The translations under genes were made by a program, and so were the position numbers. The notes below the pieces were generated by a model. The model was not told where the DNA came from and searched no databases. It saw nothing but the letters and a program-made list of their open reading frames with translations. Shown here piece by piece: positions 24,447 through 36,387 of a stretch of 64,000 nucleotides of DNA (positions are counted from its first letter, which is position 1; every line of letters starts with the position of its first letter). The DNA lies in the NCBI RefSeq assembly GCF_011386835.1, contig NC_088794.1, positions 86,738,001-86,802,000 of the forward strand, given 5' to 3'. This DNA is from Chrysemys picta bellii. Lineage: Eukaryota.

Positions 24447-25715
24447 GTCTAGAGGGTGGGCCAGGCACAGAGGTTGATAGTTCCCTCTTAGCTCAGCCAG
24501 TAGAGATTCATGCTTTCTGATCCAGTACTCACTGCTTCAACCCCCACTGTCAGTAACCCACGCAGGGGCATCATGTTATGTGCACATCAATGGGATTAGC
24601 TTCCCTCATCTCTAAGATACCTAGGGCTCAATTCACCCAGAGTCTGCCCTGCTGGCACTGAGTCCCTTAAGGCTATCCAGCTGGAGAGGGATTACAGTGG
24701 CACAAGATGCCCTCGGTCCCTGTTCTGCCAGGGGCCCACAGTCAGCTAGCACAGCCCCCAAAGTAGGCAATGCTGCCTTGGAAGGGCCAAAGCTAGGGCA
24801 GTTGGGGATGCATGGATTAGTTACTGACCTGTGGAGCTCTTCCCGCAAATGGAAAGCGGTCCTTCTCTGGTGGAATGCCCAATGAATATGGCAATGCAAA
24901 TGCTACCTGTCCTTCCCCAGGGGCAAAGCCCTCCTAAAATGTCTCAAGGGAGGAGGGGATCCTCACATCTGTTAAGTCTCCCATTTCCCTGGGAGACTCC
25001 TAGTTCTATGAGTTCCCCAATGAGTGTCTAAATCACCCAGGGAAACAAGGAGGCTTAAATAGGAAGTGGGGGTGAAATGCTCCATTCTCAAACCTTCATC
25101 TTTATGGTTTCAGCTAGCTTGCTCTGGTTTATGGACGGAGCAACTTAGCTGAGACCTTAAGGACCAGAGGTGCGGGGTTAGAGTGACTCACCCTGACCTC
25201 GTGTCAGACCTCGGAGCTGTTCATTTCCTGTGTGAAACAGGGAAGGGGCCTTCACAGGGTGAGCTGGGGCTGTAGTGAGATGAACAGCAGGAATAGAGCC
25301 AGCAGTGATTGCAGAGCAGGGGCTGGAGATGGTATCTATGATCCCACCTGTCAGAGGAGCTGGACAAGTGAGTCTGAAACAGTCCCATAGTGAGGGAGTC
25401 TCCCATTGAAGGAACTCGGCTCCTCCTGCTTGGGGTTTGTTTGGAGTCTAACATTATTAAAAGCATTCATGTGGCATTTTTCTTGGTTTGGCTGAAGGAG
25501 GACAGTTCTCATCCCCTCACCATGGTGACTGGGCTCCTCGCTCTCCCTCCATTAGTGGCTGTTGGCATTTCTGATATGAGACACTCCATCAGACTGTCAG
25601 CCAATACTATTTTTAAACAATAAATCCAAATGTTTGACTTCAGTTTTTATTTATGCTTCAGTTTCGTTAGGACTTAAAGGCACCTAAATATCTAGTAAAG
25701 TTATTTATTTTTACA

Positions 25716-25925
25716 GATTCATAGATTCTAGGACTGGAAGGGACCTCGAGAGATCGAGTCCAATCCCCTGCCCACATGGCAGGACCAAATACTGTCTAGA
25801 CCATCCCTGATAGACATTTATCTAACCTACTTTTAAATATCTCCAGAGATGGAGATTCCACAACCTCCCTAGGCAATTTATTCCAGTGTTTAACCACCCT
25901 GACAGTTAGGAACTTTTTTCTAATG
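25716..25925 (-). mobile_element. CR1 LINE 3' end fragment
   Basis: attcatagattc tail, ggaagggacctc, gatggagattccacaacctccctaggc, accaccctgacagttagga. Confidence 0.9.
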
Positions 25926-26920
25926 CGTAAAGGCTTATAGCATGCCTATCATGGTTGGGGGGTGAGCAACTGTTACTGCATGAGGGAGCAGGAGTGGAAA
26001 ATAAAACTTGTTCATTAAAAAGACTTATGCAAATGAGTCCCATGCATATTAAACATGCAAACTGAAACATTGCATTATTTGCATAAAACCTGCAGATTTC
26101 TGGGTCATCGGATTTACCAAACACAGGGGTATACTTTACACCCACTTCCCCAATGAGGGAAGTGGAACTAATCCCTGGAACAGAATGTTCCCCTCTTACC
26201 ATTACCAACTGGGATGGACTCTCTTTTCCATAATGACTACCCCATTCCCAACATAGCCACCATAATTTGGAATAGACTTTCCCTGGTGTTTTGTTTAGAG
26301 TAATAATAATACTTAGCCTTTTTGTAGCATCTTCCATTCAAGGGATCTCAGAGTGCTTCACACACTTTAAACCTCATGTCAGCCCTATGATATAGGTCAG
26401 TATTATCCCCATTTAACGGGGAATGAAACTCAGGCATAGAGAGAATTGCTCATGCGTGGGATCAGGGACCCTCCAAGCCTCCTAAAGATCTTTTCAGCAT
26501 TGAAAAAGTGGGCTTATCTCTCTGCCCATCTCCAAGAGATTCTAGATTTGGAGAGCAGACAAATTCCATCCCGTGAAAATCCTGGGATGAGGGAGAAAGG
26601 CCACTGGCTTTGGACACCTGGAGCTGAGCTGGAAGCAATTTGCCTCTTATCACTCAGCTTTTACCCCTGAAGACTAAGGTAAGGCTGGGTGAGGGCTATT
26701 CAAGATATTGCCAATTGTTTTTCATTTATCCAGTACTGCTTATTGGGTAAAATTCTGAAGTCCTCACTCAGGGTCAGATCCTCCATTGACTTCTGTAAAA
26801 TTATGCTGATTATGGTTATCTGGCCCTCAGAATTCAATGGGGACTTTGCTTGAATAAGGGCAGGGTGAGAACTTCATGTGGTCATTATAATTAAATGTTT
26901 CTAAAGAGCCCACCACTGTA

Positions 26921-27418
26921 ATCATAGAATATTAGGGTTGGAAGAGACCTCAGGAGGTCATCTAGTCCAATCCCCTGCTCAAAGAAGGATCAACCCCAAC
27001 TAAATTACCCCAGCCAGGCCATAAAAACCTTTAAGGATGGAGATTCCACCACCTCCCTAGGTAACCTATCCAGTGCTTCTCCACCCTCCTAGTGAAATAG
27101 TATCCAACCTAGACCTCCCCACTCTGCAACTTGAGACCATTGCTTCTTGTTCTGTCATCTGCCACCACTGAGAACAGCCTAGCTCCATCCTCTTTGGAAA
27201 CCCCCCTTCAGGTAGTTGAAGGCTGCTATCAAATCCCCCCTCACTCTTCTCTTCTGCAGACTAAATAACTCCAGTTCCCTCAGCCTCTCCCCATAAGTCA
27301 TGTGCCCCAGCACCCTAATCATTCTTGTTGCCCTCGGCTGGATTCTCTCCAATTTGTCCACATCCCTTCTGTAGTGGGGGACCAAAACTGGACACAATAC
27401 TCCAGCTGTGGCCTCACC
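26921..27418 (-). mobile_element. CR1 LINE 3' fragment (about 0.5 kb)
   Basis: atcatagaat tail. Minus-strand protein GVLCPVL..HYRRDVDKLERIQPRATRMIRVL...[27 protein letters not shown]. Confidence 0.93.
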
Positions 27419-29110
27419 TGGACCTTCCCTGCATTTAAATGCCTTGGGCCCCTGCTGAACGTTGATTAAACTCTTAACCAGTGTACATTTAAACTTCTTA
27501 ATCCAGTCCAATCTTGCCCATAGAAAGACATTTGTCTCTTGATACCAACAATGGTACAATTAGTAGCTGTTCTTGACAGTTCACTTTTACTGGCATTTCC
27601 CTAGTATTCCTATCCGCTGTGTGGTATAGTTTGTTTTCTGAACCACAATACTGCATTGTAGCTTACATATTCTGAATTAGCTTTTGTTATATTTTCCTAA
27701 TAATGTTTGATTGCAGTCCTATTAACTATTTCTATTTATCTTTATATTATGACCCCAGTCGTGATCAGGGACACGTTGTGCTAGGCGAATGAGCACTGAA
27801 AGCTCCCTAGAAGTGAGGGGGCCACCGGTGCCCGAAGCCCCACCCCACCTGTTCCCCAAAACCCTGCCCTTGCCGCACCTCTTCCCATGAGGCCCTGCCT
27901 CCCGCTTTCTCCTCTCTGACTCCTACACCCCATCGCTTGCCTTTAAGGCAGGTAAAAAGTGGGAGGGTATAGCCTTCCCACTTTCAAAAGTTCTGGGGCC
28001 ATGTCCCTCTGCCTCCCAAGCCCCCATCCCATTCTGGCACCCTTGGCTAGGCACAGTACTGATACATAGAAAGACACAGTTGTTGCCCCAAAGATTGTAC
28101 AGTCTAGTGTTTATGCCATTTCATTACCAGGTAGAGTTGTACATACTATGTGGCTAGCTTCAATCCAGGGTATGCCAATGTAATCCCAGGAAAAAAGTCT
28201 GCTGCAGGGAGATTGTGGCAGTGTGAAGACAGCTAGGGTACAAGAAGCACAAAACAGCTGGGATTTAGTGTACTATGTAGGGCAGATAGCACTTATAAAA
28301 CCTGGGGCTCAGAACATTTTGATGTCTACATGTTGAGTTACTGCTTGACAAGCCAGGGTGTGAATCTACAACACACCAGCTTGCCACACACCAACTCACC
28401 ATGTGAACATTGCTACTGTGCAATGAAAGTCCCAGAGTGCAGCTAGTTGCTGTGCTGTAAATTTGCCATGTAGAAAAGAGACAAGTTCTTGCTGCACGAG
28501 TGGAAGGAAGAGCTTTGTCTCCTATACTAAGTGTCTCCATGAGGTTTTTGTTGTTTTATGAAGGAGCTCTGGATGTCCACCTTCATGGTGACCTTCCCTG
28601 CATTTAAATGGGTGCTTTCCACTTTTGTCCAATGTAATGTTGCATATACCTTTCTTGTTTCTCTGCAAAGCCTCCTTACTCTAATTCCTGGGCCTGCTTT
28701 GGAGCTTGTACTGTACATTTCTGGTTCCGATACTGTGTTAGACATGCTAGGCTCCTGGAACAGCATCAGCCTGTGTAGTTATCAAAGTTTACAACTGAAA
28801 ACAGACAAACTCTGCATCAGAAAAGGGCTACACTGGCAGCAAGCTGAACAAAATTTGTTGGTAGGCAAAACTGGCAAGCAAAGGGGACAGCCAGTTTATA
28901 GCAGAGTGGTGTCTGATTCCAAACAAGATAGCTGTGCCCATTGTGTCTGCCAGCCCACCCCATCTTCCTCAAAGGAGTACTCTCAGGTGAAGATTTTGAG
29001 TCAGGAGCAATCAGCCAGGTTAGCGGATATACCGTGGTGACCATCTGCTATATCAATTGGTGTTGTTGCTGTTACTGAGCCCACTATATGTCACTGCTTC
29101 TGTTGTAGGT

Positions 29111-29230
29111 TTCAAAGTAGCAGCCGTGTTAGTCTGTATCCACAAAAAGAACAGGAGTACTTGTGGCACCCTAGAGACTAACAAATTTATTTCAGTATAA
29201 GCTTTCATGGGCTACAGTTCACTTCTTCCA
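29111..29230 (-). mobile_element. Penelope-like pLTR, family A2, 5'-truncated inside the hammerhead core
   Basis: gtagcagccgtgttagtctgtatcc...aaaaagaacaggagtacttgtggcacc...aagctttcatgggctacagttcacttcttc. Homologous to 47823-48033. Confidence 0.85.
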
Positions 29231-31379
29231 ATCACTCACCATCTGCAAGCAGCAGCTGTTGGTCCTGTTTCTCTACCAGCCATGTTGGCAGCCTGTCCAT
29301 TTCCATACCCTCATTTATTAAGGACCTGGTTTTTAATCATGGGTACTCTGATGGGACATGCCCCCATCCCAAGCAAACTTAACAGGTGTCCCTCCACTCA
29401 GGCACTGCCAATTAGGTGCACCTGCCAAGCATGCGCTGCCCAGAGAAGGGAGCTTACAAAGGTGAAGCTGGCCACAGAGCAAGAGGGGAGTTTACACAAG
29501 AGGAGGGGCTGCTAGAGCTCAGCTCAAGGCAGCAACTGGCCTTCCCTCCACCCCCCATTTAGGGGAGACAGACACTGTAGCCCTGAGAGGAACTCTCCAT
29601 CAGTGCCCTACAGCTGGACTTGAGGAGCAGCACCAGGGACTGGAGGTAACTGGAGTCAGAAAGGACCCTAGGAGTGAGGTTCTGGAGAGGATGCAGGGGC
29701 AAGAGATGATGGCTGAGCCTTGGCTGACTACGGGCATCTAAAGCTGAATATCTAAATCCTCATTTAGGCAGCTAAATAAAAGGGGGCTGCTTGCTGATCA
29801 GCTGCAGCTTCCATAGACTTCAGTGGGATTTGGAAGTGCTCATACTTCTGAAAAATCAAAGCACCCGTATTTAAGGGCCTAATTTTAGGCACCTGAGTTT
29901 GAAATTGTCATCCTATGTTTGTGTTAGTGTCTGAAAAATGGAATGCAAGCAGTTTCCTCTATCCTCTGTGAATCTGTTTGTCCTCCATAATTAGTTTCAG
30001 CTGAGTCTGCCTACAGGGTTAGGGCATTCTGCAGTCTCTGCAATGAGGGAAGACACCTGCTGTATGGTAGTTCTTCCCTCCAAAAAGGAGTTTAACATTG
30101 GGCAGGGCTCATACATGCAGGCCCATTCTTGCATGTGTGAACTGGAGAAGACCTGAATCAAAGCCCAGCAGGTAGACCTAGATTAAGATGACACTTCATA
30201 GTTTGACTGTCTATAACTACCTGAATCTGAACACGTTAGCATTGGGGAAAGCTGCTATTCCTATCGGTGTTGGAAATCTCCACATTTGGGGTGTTTGGTT
30301 CTTAGCATGCGGTTAGGCCCTGGGAAAAGAGATGTGGTTTGGACACACAGATGGAGTCTGCATCAGGGGCTTTGGTTCAGGCTCCTCTCTGGGGTAAATG
30401 AATAATTCTTTTCTGTGTCATCTCTAAAGGAGGAGGAATCTATGCCGCTGGCTTAGGGGCATCTTCCAGTGTCTTTGCTATCGGCTTCAGTCCCCTCTTC
30501 ATGCGCTTAGCGGATGCGCGCTTAGTTAATGAGAACTGTGTACACTCGCCTAAGGGAGAACAGACCAATCCGAATCCCACTAGATTCACTCCTCATGTTG
30601 GATTGTTCCTGGGAGCTTGAATATCAATAGAGTTGTATCCTTAACAGGGTATTCAGTATATTTTCCACAAGTCCTATTGCTAATCAACTTCAGCTGGCAT
30701 CTTATATGTGATATATGGGGAGATCCTCCGAGGAATTATTATGAGCACAGGGAACTCAGTTTAACGGGTTAGATAAGACTCTAGCAGGAATATGCTAGGG
30801 AGACTGCTGCAAAATGTAGGGGGTTGTCAGATTGGATGATCCAAGTGGTCTTTTCTGACCCAATCTGTCTGTGACTTTAGGAATCCCCATTAAAGAAACA
30901 GACATGCTAATCAATAAACCAGGGGTATTTCATACATGCTAGTAAAATGCAAAACAAGCTTCCTTGAGCTATAGGGAAACAGCCTTACTACAGAACATGG
31001 ACCAATCACCTAGCTGCAAAACCAGTTTTTCCTCAGCCTCATTGGCTAGAATAAAGTTTTCCCAGTTATCCTGTCTGTCCTTAAATTCTATGACTAAAAG
31101 TCTCTCAGAGCCCTTGGTGACAGAACTAAAAATCCAAACTCTGTTCCATTAACAAAAGAATTTGCCCAGCATTTTCCTGCACGGTAATGAGGCATCTCTA
31201 TCACTTTCCATCTAGCCTCTACTGCCAATGTCACAGAGTAAGGAGAATCCTCTGCTATCGTGAAAGTAAAATTGCCTCAGCACTGTGTTCTTGGCAAAGG
31301 CTGCATGTGAGCTTCTGGCTTCCCACCTCGACCATAAAGCAGTTTTAAACCTTAACTTTGGCTTATGCTGTGTACAACC

Positions 31380-32050
31380 AATTATCTCTCCCCACACCCC
31401 ATTTCCCTGCTTCCTTTAACCTTCAGACTCCCTGAACAAGCAGTTTACTTTCATAGCTTCAATTCCATTCTTTATCTTCTCTTCGCTCAACCAAAATTCC
31501 TCTCTGCAAGGCCTCTGACCAATTTGTGGCTTGCCTCTGCAACATCCTCATCCTCCTTGACCCGACTACTGCTTTTGACATGGTAGATCATTCTCCACTA
31601 CTTGACAACTTACCCTCCCTTGGCTTTCATGTCACACTCCTACTATTCTGGTTCTCCTCCTGTCTCTCTAGCTGTTCCTTTAGTGAGATTTCCTCTCTTC
31701 CTCCCCATGGGAGTCCTCAAGCTCTGTCCCAGGTGCTCCCCACCCCCCTCTCTGCATCTTCTATCTGGAGGAGATCCCATCCACTCACATCGCTTCAACT
31801 GCCATATATCTATGCTGATGCCTCAAAAATCTACCACTCTGCTCCTAACCTGTCTCCATCCATCCAACTTTGCACTTTTCTGTCTCTCTGGTATCTCCTC
31901 CTAGATGCTTTAACCTCAACGTAAAATTAACGCGGCCAAAATTAAGATCCTGATCTTCACCTACTTGCCCCATTCTCAGACATACTTTTTGTCAGTCAGC
32001 CACATAATGGGGATAATATCCAACTCCTCTTTCTCCTTCATCCCATATTA
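31380..32050 (+). mobile_element. L2 LINE RT fragment (decayed), probably resuming at about 33725-34120
   Basis: ILILLDPTTAFDMVDH..LL..L..LGF (LDLSAAFDTVDH-like), a GSPQ region (GVPQGS-like) and YADASKIY (YADDTQ-like). Confidence 0.8.
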
Positions 32051-32055
32051 TCTAG

Positions 32056-32322
32056 GGAATAGTCTTTACTGCAACAACAAAAGTTCTTAATTCAAGCTAG
32101 CTAACTTGACTTAACTAACTTAAGGTAAAATCCTAGTGAGGATGAAGTAGTTTGTAGTGGTCACATGAGTTAGCAGGTTGAGTTAAAGACTATAGGGGAG
32201 CCTCATCTTTAACTAGACCTAGCAACTCATGTGAAAACCTGTGCCTTGTCTTCACTAGGATTTTACCTGGAGCTAGTTAACTCAAGTTAAGAACACATTT
32301 TTGTTGCAGTGCAGACAAGGCC
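32056..32322. mobile_element. Palindromic PIF/Harbinger-type MITE
   Basis: Termini ggaatagtctttactgcaacaa / ttgttgcagtgcagacaaggcc with TAG on both flanks. Internal inverted repeats gtaaaatcctagtga / tcactaggattttac and tcacatgagttagcagg / cctagcaactcatgtga. Confidence 0.7.
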
Positions 32323-32499
32323 TAGGCTGTATCCAATTCTTGCTCTTTCTTCCTTCACAGCATTTCAGTGGGTTATGTCTTCGCTGCAGAGCTAACTCAA
32401 GTTACATACCCCCAAACTTTGTTTGTTAGCCTAGCTCAAGGGGGAATGCTCCCATTGTGACACTTGAGCTGCTGTGTTTACACTGGCACTACATTCATT

Positions 32500-32686
32500 C
32501 ATAGAAGTGCTTCATAGAATATTAGCGTTAAAAGAGACCTCAGGAGGTCATCTAGTCCAATCCCCTGCTCAAAGCAGGGCCAATCCCCAGATTTTTACTC
32601 CAGTTCCCTAAATGGCCTCCTCAAGGATCGAACTCAGAACCCTAGGTTTAGCAGGCCACTGCTCAAACCACTGAGCTATCCCTCCC
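32500..32686 (-). mobile_element. Tortoise Pol III/SINE (tRNA-derived head plus CR1-derived 3' tail)
   Basis: Minus strand starts GGGAGGGATAGCTCAGTGG. A box at 32668-32678, B box GAGTTCGATCC at 32625-32635, then a CR1 3' tail (GGACTAGATGACCTCCTGAGGTC...ATTCTATGAA). Confidence 0.92.
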
Positions 32687-33078
32687 TCCTCATGTATAGT
32701 ACTAAGACTTCTGGAAGCATATCCCACATTTCTTAAGTGTTGCAATAAGTGGAGGCACTGAGTTCTTTCCCAGTGAACTGTGGGAGGACTTATCTGTCCT
32801 GTCTGGGCACATGGGGGAATTGTGGGAAGGCATTGGAGGACTAGTGCTACTTGAAAAGTGCTAGCCTGAGTCCACACTGCAGCATGGTTGTGTCAGCAGT
32901 TGACAAGTTGAGTTTTAGTCAATATCCCCTGGTGGGCTAGCCAGCTACAGTTAAAAGCATCCCCACACTTCAGTTTAGGATTTGTGTGTGGATGAGATTT
33001 GAGTCAGAGGCACCATTTGAGTCAATTGTGCAGTGAAGACAAGCCCCAAGACCTGATCCTTGTTCTCTGTCTATACAG

Positions 33079-33720
33079 TGTGACAAAGTTCCTCCTCTAT
33101 CTTGGTGGGTCCTGCACTTATTGGCAGATTTTCTTGCCTCAGAGATTCACCATGTGAGTTGAGGAACAGCCCAGAGACCTTCCCCTCTGGGAGAACCCAC
33201 AGTCCAGGTCAATTGGGAGGAACCCAGGCCCACCCTCCACTCCAGGTTCCAGCCCAGGGCCCTGTGGACTGCAGCTGTCTATAGTGCCACCTATAACAGC
33301 TACAACTCCCTGGGCTACTTCCCCTCTGGCCTCCTCCAAACACCTTCCTTATTCTCACCACAGGACCTTCCTCCTAGTGTCTGATAACACTTGTGCTCCT
33401 CAGTCCTCCAGCAGCACACCCTCTCATTCTCAGCTCCTTGCCCCTCTTGCTCCCAGCTCCTCACACTCCCACCACAAACTGAAGTGAGCTCCTTTTTAAA
33501 ACCCAGGTGTCCTGATTAGCCTGTCTTAATTGATTCTAGAAGCGTCTTCTTAATTGGCTCCAGATATCCTAATTAGCCTGCCTGCCTTAACTGGTACTAG
33601 TAGGTTCCTGATTACTCTAGTGCAGCCTCTGCTCTGGTCACTCAGGGAACAGAAAACTACTCATTGAGTATATTTGCCCTCTACCAGACTCCTGTATCCC
33701 ACTGGTCTGGGTCTGTCACA
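33079..33720. mobile_element. Solo LTR (Gypsy or ERV class), 642 bp
   Basis: TGTGACA...TGTCACA termini. Perfect 4-bp TSD ACAG at 33075-33078 and 33721-33724. Confidence 0.85.
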
Positions 33721-34283
33721 ACAGTTAAACCACGCGTAGGGACCTTCATAATTTCCTGTCTTGTTTACTTCAGTCTCGTCTTCTGTTTTCCCTGACACCC
33801 ATATTGCCCCACTCCGGCCATACAAAACAGCCACCAAGTTTAATTTCCTTACCCATTTTTCTTACCATGTTTCTCACACCACCTTTGAAGTGCTCCACTA
33901 GCTCTCCGTCTCCCCCACATCAAGTTCAAGTTTCATGTGATCATCTTCAAGGCCCTACACAACTCTGCCTTTTCCTATTTATTCACCCTTGTCTCTTATC
34001 ACCTTGCCCCCATCCACTCAGCTTTCTCAAGAATTCCAGGCTCTGTTTGCTTGTTTTACTAATAGCTGCCCTTTACAAATAGAATGTCCTTCCTGAGGTG
34101 ACCCACCAGGAGCTACCCACTCCATATTCAGGTCCCTCAACAAACCAGCTGATTAACTGATCTATTTCACTTATTTATCCTATGAGTGATCTGTTTATTG
34201 TGAAGGGGTCAATTGTTACCGGGGAGGGAAATAAGAATACTGGAACTGAAGTGGGGTATGGGTGTGAAGGTACATAAGAACAC

Positions 34284-34305
34284 TGTGTGTGTGTGTGTGT
34301 GTGTG
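34284..34305 (+). repeat. (TG)11 microsatellite
   Basis: Read directly from the sequence. Confidence 0.95.
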
Positions 34306-35347
34306 AATTTCCTGTGTTTAAATTAAATGCAGATAACCAAAACAACACAGACAAAGATGTAGCAGAAAAGTCATGTTCCTATCCTGCCCCTGCTCACTCT
34401 GCTTGTATGTTGTACTCTTTTCCTCCTTGGTACATTGTGTTCTTTTCCTCCTCAGTATGTCTGTCCCCATCTTCAGGGCAGGGACTGTGTCTTCCTCTGT
34501 GTTTGGAAAGTGCATACCACATTTTTGGCATTGCTGCAATAGAAGTACATACATAACAGACACCCCCTTCTTCGGTGACCCCAAAGTTAACAGACATTTT
34601 TTGTCAGACTGATTAATTTGCTATGCTCCATCTGACCTCTTTGTAGCTTTGTGACTAGTAAAGTGCTTTCCAACTTCCCCAGCATAGCACAGAAACTGTG
34701 CAGCTCCCAGAAAGCAGAAGGATTTGCGTGTAAGGTTGTTAAAGTGATCTCCCTAAACTCAGCTCTATTTTCCATCTGCTGTGTGCTATTACTTTCACAG
34801 GACACACAAGGAAGTGAGATGTCGGCCGGGCACTACAGAAATCTCTTGGGTCACCACGCTGAGCACTAGATAAAAGAACCCTACTTAGTCCAACAGAAAG
34901 ATACCGTTTTGTGTGTGAGAACTCTTTTCAAATTGGGTTATTTTTGCCTTAAAGCCCCAATGATTCATTATAGGATTCTGCAGTGAGTGATTGGACTTTG
35001 ATGGCTGAGCTCCATTCAGATTTAACACAGCACATGCAGCAGACAGTGCCAAAAGATTATAGTTCTTCATGTACAGTAGGTCTCCTAGGAGATGATATGT
35101 ACAGGGCCAGCATGGCAGAGGGGTAGCATTGGGCTGGCTCTATGGCTCAGTGAGGATGGTGATACACTGTTACAATGCAAACATCTGTACAGCATAGGGC
35201 ATTCCTGAGGGGGGTCAGCAGTAGACTCTGTGACACTGAGAGGGAGGTGAACCCCTCTGATCCCTCAGTGGAATTGTATCTCAAGTGCTAGGTGACTTTT
35301 ATAGTCTAATCATAAGCATTACTTAAATAGCTTGCATTTCTGTAGTG

Positions 35348-36387
35348 CAGGGGTAGGCAACCTTTCAGAAGTGGTGTGCCGAGTCTTCATTTATTCACTT
35401 TAATTTAAGGTTTCGTGTGCCAGTAATACAGTTTAATGTTTTGTAGAAGGTCTCTCTCTATAAGTCTATATTATATAACTAAACTATTGTTGTATGTAAA
35501 GTAAACAAGGTTTTCAAGATGCTTAAGAAGCTTCATTTAAAATTACATTAAAATGCTGATCTTACAACGCCAGCCTGGTGTTCTGTTCACCTAGGCCGGC
35601 AGTGGGCTGAGCAGGGCCTGTGGCCGGGACACCGGCTGGCAAGGGGCCGGCAGCCGGGACCCCAGACTTGGGGGGTGGGGTTCAGGGGTCAGGGCAGAGG
35701 GCTGGGGGTGTGTGGGGGGTGCAGGGCAGAAGGCTGGGTGTGGGGGGGAGTTCAGGAGTCAGGGCAGAGGGCTGGGGTGTGTGTGGAGGTGCAGGGCAGA
35801 AGGCTGGATGTGGGGGGGGGGTTCAGGGCAGAGGGCTGGGGTGCTCGGCTCGTGGGGGTGCTCCCAGCCCCCTGCCCTGAGCGGCTCATGGCAGGGGGCT
35901 GGAAGGTATGCCCTGTTCCACCCCCTTCCCCAAGGCCCCATTCCTACCTCTTCTCTGCCTCCTCTACGGAGCAGGGAGCACGCTGCCACTCCTCTCCCTC
36001 CCACCTCGCAAGGGCCGTCAGCTGATCGGCGCAGGGAAGGCGAGGAGGAGGGGCCGGAAAACACCACACTGGGGGAAGAAGCGGGGGAGGGGGAAGCTTG
36101 GCTGCTGCAGGACCAAGCTTCTGCCTCCTGCCCCCATAGGGGAGAGCGGTGGGCGGGGGGGCTGAGTGGGGCTGGGGGACAGGACCCCCCACAACCGCTC
36201 TCCCCTGCGGGGGCAGGAGGCAGAAGCTTGGTCCTGCGGCAGCCAAGCTTCTCCCCTCCCCCGCTTCTTCCCCCAGCGTAGCGCTTTCCTGCCCCTCCAC
36301 CCCCCTCACCGGGCAGGCAGCAGCATGCCACTCAAAATTGGCTTGCGTGCCGTGTTTGGCATGAGTGCCGTAGGTTGCCGACCCCTG
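35348..36387. mobile_element. hAT (Charlie/Buster-like) non-autonomous element, 1040 bp, with an internal G-rich minisatellite
   Basis: TIR CAGGGGTAGGCAACCT / AGGTTGCCGACCCCTG. Perfect 8-bp TSD ctgtagtg. About five cagggcaga(g/a)ggctgg-gtgtgtgggggg units at about 35688-35845. Confidence 0.95.

Noticed and set aside
29195-29233. Additional hammerhead in the 29.1-kb Penelope copy (also 11194-11225 and the sense arms at 47920 and 57292)
   Set aside because: These copies are truncated before or within the CUGA core, so they are not complete motifs.
30470-30520. GFSPLFM resembling the hepadnaviral polymerase GLSPFLL motif (endogenous virus)
   Set aside because: No YMDD or other RT motifs follow and there is no extended similarity, so it is likely chance.
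32610-32686. Possible tRNA gene on the minus strand
   Set aside because: It has A and B boxes but no complete acceptor stem and runs into a CR1-derived tail, so it is a SINE head.
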